The notes under the pieces: model-generated
The model's input: only the letters and a program-made list of their open reading frames with translations
Databases searched by the model: none
Told to the model about the DNA's origin: nothing
Program-made: the position numbers and the translations under genes
Shown: one piece after another, positions 10,635 to 21,464 of the stretch
Layout of the letters: every line of letters begins with the position of its first letter
Numbering within the stretch: position 1 is the stretch's first letter
NCBI GenBank assembly: GCA_025558095.1
Contig: JAIVFI010000035.1
Location: forward strand, 1 to 64,000
Source: Hyaloraphidium curvatum SAG 235-1
Lineage: Eukaryota; Fungi; Monoblepharomycota
DNA: 64,000 nucleotides
Reading direction: 5' to 3'

Positions 10635-12017
10635 TTATCGGGTGTAGTGCCGCCCCGGGGGCAGATCCGGCAGCCCCAGCTTCCGCAACGCCCCCGCCAC
10701 CTTCGCCCGACCCGCCTCGCTGAGCCGGTGGTGGTTGTACTCCGTCACGTCTGCATGCATCCGGCGCAGGTCGGGCGGCATTTCGACGAGCAGGCGCGTG
10801 GCGAAGGTGTTGACGCTCAGCGTCTCGAGCCGGGGCATCCGGCAGACGGCCGGCCACGCCCCGGCCATCCCCTCGCTCATTCTTTCGAAAAACTCGTCCT
10901 CCATCAGCCCCTCTATGTCCGGGGCCCCTACGCGCAGGGTGCGCGGGAAGAAGTTGGTGCCCAGGGAATGGATTACGTCGGCCGCGGCCTGCCAATGGCG
11001 GGCGCGGAACGTGCGGATCTTGTGGACGAGCCGGCGGTCGACCTCCCACTCGTTCCACATGCCCAGTGGGCGGTTGACATCCCACGCGTCCCAAATGCTC
11101 GGCTCGGCATCGAGGAGCATGGTCTCGAGGCGGGGAGCGGAGCGGTCGATCTCGTCCCACATGCCGAGCTCGGCGTCGAGGTGGATGGTCTCGAGGCGGG
11201 GAGCGGCGCGGTCGATCTTGTGTAGGAAAGCCTCGACGATGGGGGGGTTGGAGTCCATGTCCCACCCGCCGTGCTGGCCCAGTGTCAGCATGGCCAGGCT
11301 TTTGAAGCCGAACCGTAAATCCGGCACCGGTTCGTCCACGGGGTACAAGGATGCGTCGAAGATCACGTGCAAGTGCTCGAGACTCGGAAGCGCCAGGGTC
11401 GCGACCGCGAGGGCGTCGTGCGAAGTGCGCAGCTCGATCGTGAGCGTGCGCAGGTTCGGAAGCGCGCCGAGGAACGGGGGGAAGTCCCGAGGGGCCCGGA
11501 TCTCCACCGCGCGGAGGAACAGGAATCTGTCCATGCCGAGGACGGGGTTCGCCCCGCCTCTTTCGAAGAAGCTCACCACGTGCTTCTCGCGGGTGAACAG
11601 CACCTTCCGCGTGGACAGCCAGGTGCGGTACACGTCCTCGGACGCCTGGCAGAAACTAAGGATATCCCTGTTGAGTTCCATGCGCTCGAAAATCATGAGC
11701 AGGACCTCCGGCACCGCGGCGAGCCGCTTGAACGGGGGTGGTGGGGGCGGCGGCGAGGCCAGCCCCCGAGCGCGCTTCGCCGAGTCCGCGGCTTTGCACT
11801 GCAGGCGTCTCAGCGCCTCCAAAGCGCGGTCCAGCTGGTATTGTATGAAGATGAGGTCGTGGAGCGCCGCGTCGGCCTCGGGAGGCGTAGGGGCGCTGCC
11901 CGCGCCCACGGAGGCGACGTCGAGAGCTGCCTGGAACGCGGCCTCCAGGCCGAGGACCCCATTGCGGAGGGAAACGAGCCCGCCCGCCGGGGCGGGAGCA
12001 CCGGTTTCGGCGTCCAT
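10635..12017 (-). CDS. Lineage-specific F-box/LRR-like protein with internal 66-bp duplication
   Basis: RLAAVPEVLLMIFERMELNRDILSFCQAS F-box-like motif; FLGALPNLRTLTI LRR; duplicated IDR.APRLET..LDAE...WD. Confidence 0.65.
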   Translation of the reverse strand: MDAETGAPAPAGGLVSLRNGVLGLEAAFQAALDVASVGAGSAPTPPEADAALHDLIFIQYQLDRALEALRRLQCKAADSAKRARGLASPPPPPPPFKRLAAVPEVLLMIFERMELNRDILSFCQASEDVYRTWLSTRKVLFTREKHVVSFFERGGANPVLGMDRFLFLRAVEIRAPRDFPPFLGALPNLRTLTIELRTSHDALAVATLALPSLEHLHVIFDASLYPVDEPVPDLRFGFKSLAMLTLGQHGGWDMDSNPPIVEAFLHKIDRAAPRLETIHLDAELGMWDEIDRSAPRLETMLLDAEPSIWDAWDVNRPLGMWNEWEVDRRLVHKIRTFRARHWQAAADVIHSLGTNFFPRTLRVGAPDIEGLMEDEFFERMSEGMAGAWPAVCRMPRLETLSVNTFATRLLVEMPPDLRRMHADVTEYNHHRLSEAGRAKVAGALRKLGLPDLPPGRHYTR

Positions 12018-12299
12018 GTTGGCCAGCGATTGCCGGGTTGAAGGTGGCAACGGAACGTGACCGCGTCTCTCAACCTCTCAACTCGGGGACCCCGTCTCAA
12101 CCAGGGTCCGTCGAAGCGACGACAATCAAACTCCATTTTAAGCGCTCCCTACATCACCGCCATCAGCAGCACAACTATCCCGATGTCCCTACCAGGATGC
12201 AGGTACCCCACCGCCTCGGTCACCTACTCCCCTCCACACGACGAAGCTCGTCGCTCGCCGCGTCCGTGAACGATCACCCATCCGGCTCCATCCGATTCC

Positions 12300-13130
12300 T
12301 CATCGGCCATCCGGAAAGTCGGGCAGCCCGAATTTCCGCATCGCCGCGGCCACGGCGGCCCCGTCCCGCCCGCCGAGCCCGTGGTGGGTGGGGTAGAGGT
12401 ACTGCGCGTCCAGCTCGCGCAGGTTGCGCGGCGTCCGCACCAATGAGCCGATCCATCGCGCACACGGCCGACCAGGCCTCCTCCATCCCCGCGTCCGGGC
12501 CGAAGTTGGGGTCCCCGTCGCGCGGGTCCAACATGACGTGCAGCGTCCGCGGGGAGAATGCCGCGCCGACGGATGCCATCGTCGCGACGGTGTTCCACCC
12601 GACCGCGGCGAAAGTCTCCATCTTGGAGACCAGGTCGCGGGGCAGGTCCGCGCGGGCGTACGTCCCCAGCGCGGCTTCGCAGTGTATGGCTTCGAGCTGC
12701 TCCGATGAGGCGAAGATGTTCCGCAGGAGCGTGATGACGAGGGCATGGCCTTTCATGGCGGCTATTGATGACGGCAGCGCGTTCTGCAGTGTGAAGATCC
12801 TCAGGCTGGGGAAGAAAAATACGAAATTGATGCGCCGCGGCACAGCCAAAGCACCGTTCCCCAGGACCACTTCCAGGTGCTCGACGGTCCGCAGGACGAG
12901 CAACGCTACGGCGCGGACGTCGTCGGGGCCGTGTAGCCAAATCTTGAGGTGGCGCAGGTGGGGAAGCGCGCCCAAGAACTGCGGGTACCGCGGGTGGAGC
13001 AGAAGCCCGCGGCGTCGATCGAGGCACTCGCGGGGTCGATGGCGGGTGCGCAGATCACCCCCGGGGGCGACGGGGTCGTGCAGCAAAGGCCGAAACTCGG
13101 TCAATCGCGTGCGGCCGGCGAGCTGCTGGA
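12300..13130 (-). pseudogene. Frameshifted, 5'-truncated F-box/LRR-like paralog
   Basis: YPQFLGALPHLRHLKIW...EEAWSAVCAM in one frame and TPRNLRELDAQYLYPTHHGLG...KFGLPDFP in another; both homologous to 10635-12017. Confidence 0.6.
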
Positions 13131-13470
13131 GATGATCAAGGAGCTCGCGGCTTTCGGAGGGCGGACTCTCGAGGCGTTCATCTACTTCGGCGTGCCCCCG
13201 CTGGTCGGCTTCGAGGTGGACCGCCAGGGCTGCGCCGACATCGGCGACGCCAACGCTCTGGACATGCTGAGGTCCGCCGCGGCGGCCGGGGGCTCGGTGT
13301 GCGTCGTGCATCCCGCGCAGGGCTGCGCGTTCCACGGCGGCTCGCCCGCGACGGCCGTGGGGGTCTTTGCGTTCGGAGCATCGGGCGGCGGCCTGCTGGC
13401 GCTTTCGGCAAAGGACAAGGAAAGGATCTTGGAGCAGATGGACCGGGCTTTCCACTCCCGCGGGGAATAG
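13130..13470 (+). CDS. Hypothetical small protein or gene fragment
   Basis: MIKELAAFGGRTLEAFIYFG...ILEQMDRAFHSRGE* shows host-like GC3 codon use; no recognisable domain. Confidence 0.3.
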
Positions 13471-14094
13471 ATTACAGGTTCAGCGGCAACTGCAGCCCTC
13501 GCAGAGCCAGATCGGATGCATCCGGCTCCTAGCACTGAGTTGGACTTGATCAATGCGGTGTGGTTGGCTGTGGATTGCGTTGTTTCCCTCGCGCCGGAAA
13601 GGGTCTCCAGTAGCTTTCCGGGCCAGGAGCAGCGCTCACCTGTGACCTCGCGCCGCACAACCAAGCGAAAGTCATGGCCGTGCTCCACCGTCCGATTCCA
13701 TCGCCGACCTCGTAATGCCGTACATCGAGGACGTGGGAAAGCGCCACGGAATTGAAAGGATTTGGCGCAACTAGGTCCGACAGGGCGAGGAGAGTCGCGA
13801 TGTCAGGGCCAGGTTCAGCCTGTCGGGCGCATTCCGCGGCAGGAAGCAAGCGATAAGACGGAGGATCTCCGGAAGGACGGGCGGCCAGTTGATCGTTCGG
13901 TGCTCAAGGGAAAGTGACCTGCGTCCCGCCCTGCGCCCTGCCGCGGTGAGGTGTCCAGCCGGATCGAAGGAGAGAAAAGAAAGACCCAGCCTATAATGTA
14001 CCCGCGAAACATACAGAAGGACGAGATAGATCAGCCGAAGTGAAGGACTAAGCTACGTTCGCCCGCATCCCCGTTAACCCGGGCCTGCGGCCCC

Positions 14095-17000
14095 TTAGTT
14101 GAACAGCTTCTTGAAGAAGCCTCCGACCTTCTCGCCGGCGGACTCGGCGCCCTTGGCTGAGGATGGGAAAGCGCGCGTCAGAAAAGAAGGATCAAGGAGG
14201 CAAGGTGCCGGCTCCTACCGGCATCTCCGGCGACATCGGCGGCGACATCGGCGGCCTTCTCGGCGACGTCCCCAGCGGCATTCACGGCCCCGGAAGCCGC
14301 ATCCGTCACGGCGCCCGCTGCCTTGTTGGCTTTTGAAAACGGATGGCGTCAGGCTTTGGGTGACGGAACGGGGAAAGCGTGTGCGACTAACCGGTGTCGG
14401 CCGCGGCATTCACAGCTCCGGAAGCGGCATCAGTCACTGCACCCGCAGCCTTGTTCGCTTTAGAAAACAGATAACGTCAGCTTCATGACGATCGCACGGA
14501 GACGGGTGTTCGAGACCAACCGGTGTCAACGGCCGCGTTAGCAGCTCCAGAGGCTGGAGGGAGCGGAAGATGGGTCAGCTCAACGTGAGAGGTCCAACGC
14601 CCGCGAAGATACACACCGGCATCGCTCGCCGCGTTCACGGCACCAGAGGCAGCGTCAGTCACTGCACCCGCAGCCTTGTTCGCTTTGGGGAAACGGATAG
14701 CGTCAGGTTCCTGTGATCGAACGAAGACAGCCGCTCCCAACTGACCAGTGTCGGCGGCCGCGTTGACTGCCCCAGAAGCTACGTTAAGAGGACAGGATCA
14801 GCACGAGTTAGAGGTCCAAGGACAGCAGAGACACATACCAGCATCGCTGGCACCCTTAGCGAGATCGCTGGCGGCTCCGGTCGCCGAGTCCAGCGCGCCC
14901 TGAGCTTCAGGAGAGAAGAGGATGAGCTTCTCGTCCGACCAAAGCGATGCCTCGCGAAACGCACCGGCGTTCGTGGCGCTCGACGCCGCGTTGCCGACGG
15001 CATCCACAGCCTTGTTCGCTGAGCAGAGAACGAGGGGAGAAGAGATCGTATAAGGAGAGGATGGGGAGAGAAAGGCGGGAAAGGGGGGAAAAGGGGGGAC
15101 GAAGGCGTGAGTCAGGATCCTTTCTTCCACGCTGAGGCGAAGGAATAAGCACCAGTGTCGGTCACGGCGCCAGCGGCGGAGTTCGCAGCCGAGGTCGCGG
15201 AGTCAACGGCAGACTGGGCTTTGGTTCCCAATAAGAACGTCGGCCATGCGCCAAGTCGAGGAGCAATCGGTGGTCAGTCGTCGTCCTCGAGAGGGCAACG
15301 CGAACAACCCACCGGTGCTCGAAACGGCATCAGCGGCCTTGTTCGCGGCAGAACCCGCAGCATCAACGGCGCCCTGGGCTTCAAATGGCAAATCGAGACA
15401 ATCGATCATGTAGCAAGTTGAGGAACGAGAGAGATCAGTCACTGTCATGAAGAAGGCGACGCGAGCAACACACCGGTGCTCGAGACGGCATCCGCGGCCT
15501 TTCCGGCGGCCGAGCTGGCTGAGTCGACAGCGGACTGAGCTGCATGACATCAATCCAGACAGTCAAGGAAAGATCTTCAAAACAATTAGTCGAAGACACC
15601 AACCGGCGTCCGAAGCACCCTTGGCCAGGTCGTTAGCGGCTCCCGTAGCGCTGTCGAGAGCTCCCTGGGCTAAAATGGAGGAGAATAGAATCAACATGAC
15701 TTGGACGGCAAAGGTCGAGCAGCGACGAACTCACCGGCGCCCGTGGCCGACTTGGCGGCGTCGTTGACTTCAGGATCAAATAGGAGATCGGTGCGAGAGC
15801 GGGAGAGTCGAGAGCGGGAGAGGCAGAGAGGTGATGTGCGGAAGGGGGAAGGAAAGGGGACGACGTTGAGGCACAGACCCATTTGATCCCGATCAAGGAG
15901 ACCAACCGGCGCCGGCAGCCGAGTCGAGACCCTTGTTCACCGAGTCCACCGCCGAGCTGGCAACATCACCAGCTGCAAGGCAACAATCGTCAAGACAGGT
16001 CGTCGATCTCCGAGGGCCAGCTACCAACCCTTGGAGGCCGCGTCCGAAACGGCACCGGTCGCGCTGTCGACGGCGCCTTGGGCTTCAGACGTCGAGGTAA
16101 CGTGGCGAGAAGATGTCGTAGTTGGAGGTGATGTAAAGGAGGGGGTTCGGAAGGGACCAAGTGAGCTTGGTCCGGGCAGGTGGGGAACCGCACGAAGAAG
16201 CCCACCGGCGTCAGTAGCGCTCTTAGCGGCCGAGTTGACCGAGTCGACCGCCGAGTTGGCGACATCCGAAGCTGGATTGACGCAAAAGTCAGTTAGCACA
16301 GGGACCATGAAGATCGGCCGCGAGCTACCAACCCTTAGAGGCGGCGTCGTTGACTTTTCGTGGAGAGGAAGATAGATCGAGGGTGACAGGAGGCACGTTG
16401 ATAAGGTTCGAGGGAGAAGTAGGGGGGAAAGGGAGCGGGAGGGGGCGCCGGTCAATCAGAGCCCAAGAGCACCGCCCAGAGATACTAACCAGCGCCGGCC
16501 GCGGAGTCGAGGCCCGACTGGACGGCACCAGTCGCGGACTTGGCGGCATCATTGACTAGAGGTGTTCCGAGGAGGGCAAGTTGTCAAGTCATGGTCGTGG
16601 GAAGGAGGGAGGGAAAGTGGGCTACGATCAGCTCATGATCCAATCGGAAACAACGCGGATCCACATACCCGCGCCCGTGGCCGAGTCAACAGCCCCCTGA
16701 GCTGCTCGCACGAGTCCGCAATTAGCTCCCCGCACCTGCACAACGAGACGAGAAGCTTCTGCTCACCGGCACCAGCCACATCCTTCGCGGCGCCCTCAAC
16801 CGACGAGACGGCATCTTTCGCGACCCCCTCGGCCTTGGCGGCCACATCACCGACCGCTCCGGTGGCCGAATCAACTGCTCCCTGAGCTGCTCGCGGGAAT
16901 GTTACGTTAGCTCCTTCATCATCCCTGCGCGACCAGCGAGCTCAACGTACCGGCACCAGCCACATCCTTCGCGGCGCCTTCAACGGACGACACGGCATCT

Positions 17001-18847
17001 TTGGCGACCCCCTCGACTGTAAGTGTACCTTCCGTTAGCTCTTAGGTGGTCCCGCCCGACCACGACAACGTACCGGCACCCGCGGCATCCTTGGCCGCGC
17101 CCTCAACCGACGAGACGGCATCTTTCGCGACACCCTCGGCCTTGGCGGCCACATCAGAGACCGCTCCTGTGGCCGAGTCGACTGCTCCCTGAGCTGCTCG
17201 CAGAAAGGCACCCCGTTAGCTCCCGCAATCATCTCAGGACGACCAGCCAAGCCCAACGTACCGGCACCGGCCACATCCTTGGCCGCACCTTCGACGGACG
17301 ACACAGCGTCCTTTGCGGCGCCCTCGACGGCACCCGCTGCGTCCTTTGCCACTCCCTCGGCCTTCGCCGCGACATCTCCGACCGCACCGGTCGCAGAGTC
17401 AACCGCGGATTGGGCTTCAATACGGAAAAGCAGTCAGTCTTCCCCGACCGAATCAAGATCGCAACAACGCAAGACCACGTACCAGCACCCGTCACATCGG
17501 CGGCCGCACCTTCGACCTTGGCCGCGACATCGCCCACGGCACCCGAAACCGAGGCCGAGGCGTCGCCCGCGGCGGCCGACACCGAGGCGCCGGCGGACTT
17601 GACGCCCGTGGTGATGTCGAGCGTGCCGCCCTGCTTGGCGGCCTCTTGGGCGCGGCGGATCCACTCCTCGGCGGAGCCGGCTGGAATCAAACGCAGGCAA
17701 TGGTCAGTTCCATGAACCCGCAAGAAATGAGGTGGGAGGACGAACCGGCGGCGATGCTGGCGGTGCTGGCGCCCGCGACCGAGGCCACGGGGTTCGCGGC
17801 GTCCTTGGCGAAGGCACCGCCGACGGGGGCCGGGGGCTCGGCGGGGATCGAGGCCGAGCGGGCGGGCACGGCGGCGGCGGTAACACCGGCGGCGGCAGCG
17901 GCGGGGGCGGCAGCCGGGGCCGAGGCGGCCGCGGCGGCGGGGGCGGCGGCCGCGGCGGCGACGCCGGCGGACGCGAGCGTGGGACCGCCCGCGACGTCGG
18001 CGCCCTTGACCTGGACGATAGAGTTGATGACGATCTGGCCCTCGCCCTTGTAGTCGGTGCCCGCGGGCTTGAGGAGGGTGAGGGTGTGCGGGAACGAGGT
18101 GACCTCGCCGGTCGAGATCATGACGAGCCCTGGATGGGGAACCGGGAGTCAGCATTTGGGCAGCGAGGGACGGGATGCGGGTACCGCACCGACGTAGTCA
18201 TCCTTGGGCGACGCAATGTCCTTGTCGAGCACCTCGATGAGGAACTTGGTGCCGGGGTCGCCGCCGGTCAGGCGCGCGGCGTTGAGGGCGATGGTGGGGA
18301 AGTCGGGGTTCTGGTTCTTCTCGATCGGGTCCTGTCGGGGCGGGAGGGGTCAGCGGGGGCGCTCCGGGCGTGGCCGGTGCGGGCGGGTACCGTGATGAAC
18401 TGCTGGACCCACGACTCGCCGGTGGGCTTCTTGCGCGAGATGCGGATGTACGGGTCGATCGAGCCTGCGGTCGCGAGCGCCACGGAAGTCAGAAACACGG
18501 TGGACGGCACGGCGTGCACTGGGCGGGAACGGGAACGCACCGATGAGGTCGAGCTTGGGCAGGTTGCGGAGCGAGAAGGAGATGAGCAGCACATCGTCCT
18601 CGGCCGTGAAGCCGCCGGCGCCGGCCAGGTTGAGCTCCTGGTTGGTGAAACCGCCGGTGACGCTGCGATTGCGATGGGGCGTGGGGAGGCACGCGTGAGG
18701 AACAACAGGGAGGAGAAGGGGGAAGAAGATGGGGAAATGATTGGAGTGGAGGAAGAGGGAGAACGGCGGGGGGCGTCAGGGTTGTGCGGGGGAGCCGGCC
18801 AGCGCGACCCACGTGGAGAGCAGCTTGCTGGTGGTGCTCGTCGACAT
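14095..18847 (-). CDS. Copine-like C2-domain protein with long Ala/Gly/Ser/Asp-rich 11-mer repeat tail (about 30 exons)
   Basis: N-terminal exons give LLISFSLRNLPKLDLI, IDPYIRISRK, PIEKNQNPDFPTI and FLIEVLDKD...DDYV (C2 motifs). The tail consists of AQGAVDSATGA/ANKAAGAVTDA-type repeats and ends KVGGFFKKLFN* (TAA at 14095-14097). Confidence 0.8.
14219..17680 (-). repeat. Tandem array of duplicated exon+intron units (33-nt and 21-nt based)
   Basis: 23 exons of 21, 33, 54, 66, 111, 120, 153 or 198 nt; neighbouring introns are also homologous (for example 16702-, 16887-, 17194- all start ctgctcgc and contain ttagctcc on the + strand). Confidence 0.85.
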
Positions 18848-20092
18848 TTTTGATAGGCTTTTAAGTCAGGCGGCGGGCTCTGGAGGCGCGAACGGCGGCG
18901 CGGAGGGCGGGCGGGTCAGACCCCGATGTGCGGGCAGGGACGGGGGACGGGCGCCGGCGCCGCGGCGGGGCGTGCCACGCGGGCGCGGGTCCGCCCTGCC
19001 AACGTGCGTCCGCGCCAATCCCCCGCGCGGGCGGCGATCCCTCACCTGCGTGGCCGGGCGGGGCGGCGATGGCGCAAGGGTGATGTGGTGTGGGCGGTCC
19101 CTGAAGCGCCGCGCTCAAACGGACCCTTGGAAACAAACAGAGCGGTGACCCTTTGACCGAAAATGAGGGGCCAGGCCGCGGGAAACCGTACAGATGGGCC
19201 GATCAGGACCGGATCACTTGAATCCCGTCGGTGTCTCGGGCAGGCGAGGCCCCGGCGGTGCACCTGAATCACGCCGCCGCGGTCGCGCGTATCAGGGCAC
19301 ACGCAATAGGCCAGTCCCGGGAAGTGCCCATCAGCGCCAAAACGACCTCCCATCGGGATCTCCAGGTCCCGTGGACACTTTTGGCAGCCGGCCTTGACGG
19401 TCCTCGGGGCGCCGTCCGCGGGCGGGACGACCGGTCCCCTGTCCCAGGCCCGTGAGAGGGACACCCCGCCCGAGCATTCTGGACGGCCGGCCAGTTACCT
19501 CCGTCGATTCCAGATGAGCGTTGTTGATAGAATGAATGCCGCAGGAAACTTAGTTGCCCTTCGCAACGATGGATCACGACCAACGGGGCTCCAACGTCGG
19601 CCGGCCCGGAACCCGCCCGCAGTCTCGCCGTCCGATATCTTGCACGGGAAATCTTGATGCCCGTAACTCGAATTCGACTGCCAGCTACGCCATCGCGGCA
19701 AACTGAATCGTCTCCAGGCACTGTGCTCCCTGTCCCGGCCTCCTGCGATGCCCCGAAGTCGCCAATGCTGTCCGGTCCCACACCGGCCAGCGGAAACCGA
19801 AACGGGGAAGAATACACCCACGAGACAAAGGCAGCAAGTCGGTCTATCAGCTGTGCTTCTAGATCAGCCCATCCTAAGTCCGAGCTCGGTCGCGTTCGAG
19901 CTACTCGAGCGGTTGTCCATCGAAGTCCCTTCCTCGTCGGCTCGGTTCCGTTCTGTCCCCCGTCTCCCGGCCGTCCGGCGCCGTACCGGAGCGTCCGGAG
20001 CCCAGCGATTCTCGGCATCCCATCCTCTCGCTCCTCGTGTCCCAACCCCGTCGTCACCCACCCTCCCTCGCTGCCCTCATCCTCCAGCCGAG

Positions 20093-21385
20093 ATGTCCGA
20101 CGCCCGCGCCAAGGAGCTCCTCTCCCGCCTCCCCGCCACCTACAAAAAGCTCACCCTCCACACCCTCTCCAAGGACTTTGCCGCCGCCACCCGCGTCGAC
20201 ACCGTCCCCACCGCCGGCCTGGTCGACACCTTCGTCCACGGCAAGGGCCTCCTCCTCCTCCGCGTGGCCTTCGCGGGGGTCAACGCGTCGGACGTCATGT
20301 ACTCCAACGGGTTCTACAACCCGGGGAAGAAGACGCCGTACGACACGGGGATGGAGGGGATCGGAGAGGTGGTCGCGGTTTCGCCTGATGTGACGGCATA
20401 CAAGCCCGGGGACTACGTGATGTGCTCCATGAACGCCGGCGGGTGGTTCGGCGAGTACCGCGTTGTGCCGGCCCGCGTGGTCATGCGCGCCGGGAATGAT
20501 CCCCGCTACTTGACGCTGCTCATCAGGTGGGCGTCGCGGGGCAAATGTTCGCTTCCGTCCTGACCGACGCCCGTTCTCAGCGGCCTGACCACCTCCTTCG
20601 CCCTCGAAAAGACCGCCGGCATGCGCGCCCTGGACGGCTCCGTCCTCGCGCGCTACCTCCCGCCCGAGCTCGTCGAGAAGCCCGGTGTGAAGCCGCTCAA
20701 CGTGATCGTCACCGCCGCGGCCGGCGGCGCGGGCCTGTTCGCGGTGCAGCTCGCCGCGCTCGGCGGGCACCGCGTCATCGGAACCTGCTCGAGCGAAGAG
20801 AAGGCCGAGTTCCTGCGCAAGATCGGCTGCGCCGTCGTGGTCAACTACAAGGTGGGCCTTGTCCGGGGGAAGCGTCGTCTGTGCTGAATGTCGGTGCCAG
20901 ACCCAGGACCTCCGCACCGAGTTCAAAAAGGCCCTCCCCAACGGCGCCGACCTCGTCTACGAGTCCGTGGGCGGCGACACGTTCGACGCCTGCGTCGAGA
21001 ACCTTGCCATCGGCGGCAAAATGCTCATCATCGGCGCCATCTCGGGGTACCTGGACCCCAACGCCAAGGGCGGGAGCATCGCCAGCGGTGACTTCAGTGG
21101 GTCCCTTCCATGGCCTGCCCGCATTCGCGCCCGCTGACCCCGTCGGCTGGACCAGGCAAGATCATGTTCGGCAAGTCCGGCTCCGTCGCCTCCTTCTACC
21201 TCCCCCACTTCACCAAGGAGTACCCCGTGCACTACGCGCGGCTGGTCAAAATGATGGAGGACGGCGTGCTGGACTGCCGCGTGGACCTCAGGCCCGCGGG
21301 CGTGGAGAAGGCGCCCGAGGCGGTGGGGTACCTTCACTCGGGGCGGAACGTCGGGAAGGTGGTGCTGCCGCTGGCCAGGTTGTAG
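20093..21385 (+). CDS. NADPH-dependent medium-chain reductase, prostaglandin reductase 3/ZADH2-like, PTS1 (ARL)
   Basis: AGVNASD, GMEGIGEVV, VTAAAGGAGLFAVQLA, DLVYESVGG, IIGAISGY, GRNVGKVV; three short introns. Confidence 0.85.
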
Positions 21386-21464
21386 GAAAGGGTGGATCGG
21401 AGTTGGAGGTCTTGCCTTTGGTCCAGTTCTTGACAGTCTCGCCGTATCGAAGGCCCAAAGGAGG

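Noticed and set aside
14219-17680. CRISPR-like repeat-spacer array
   Set aside because: Units are degenerate at third codon positions, bounded by splice signals and encode protein repeats; no cas genes; eukaryotic context.
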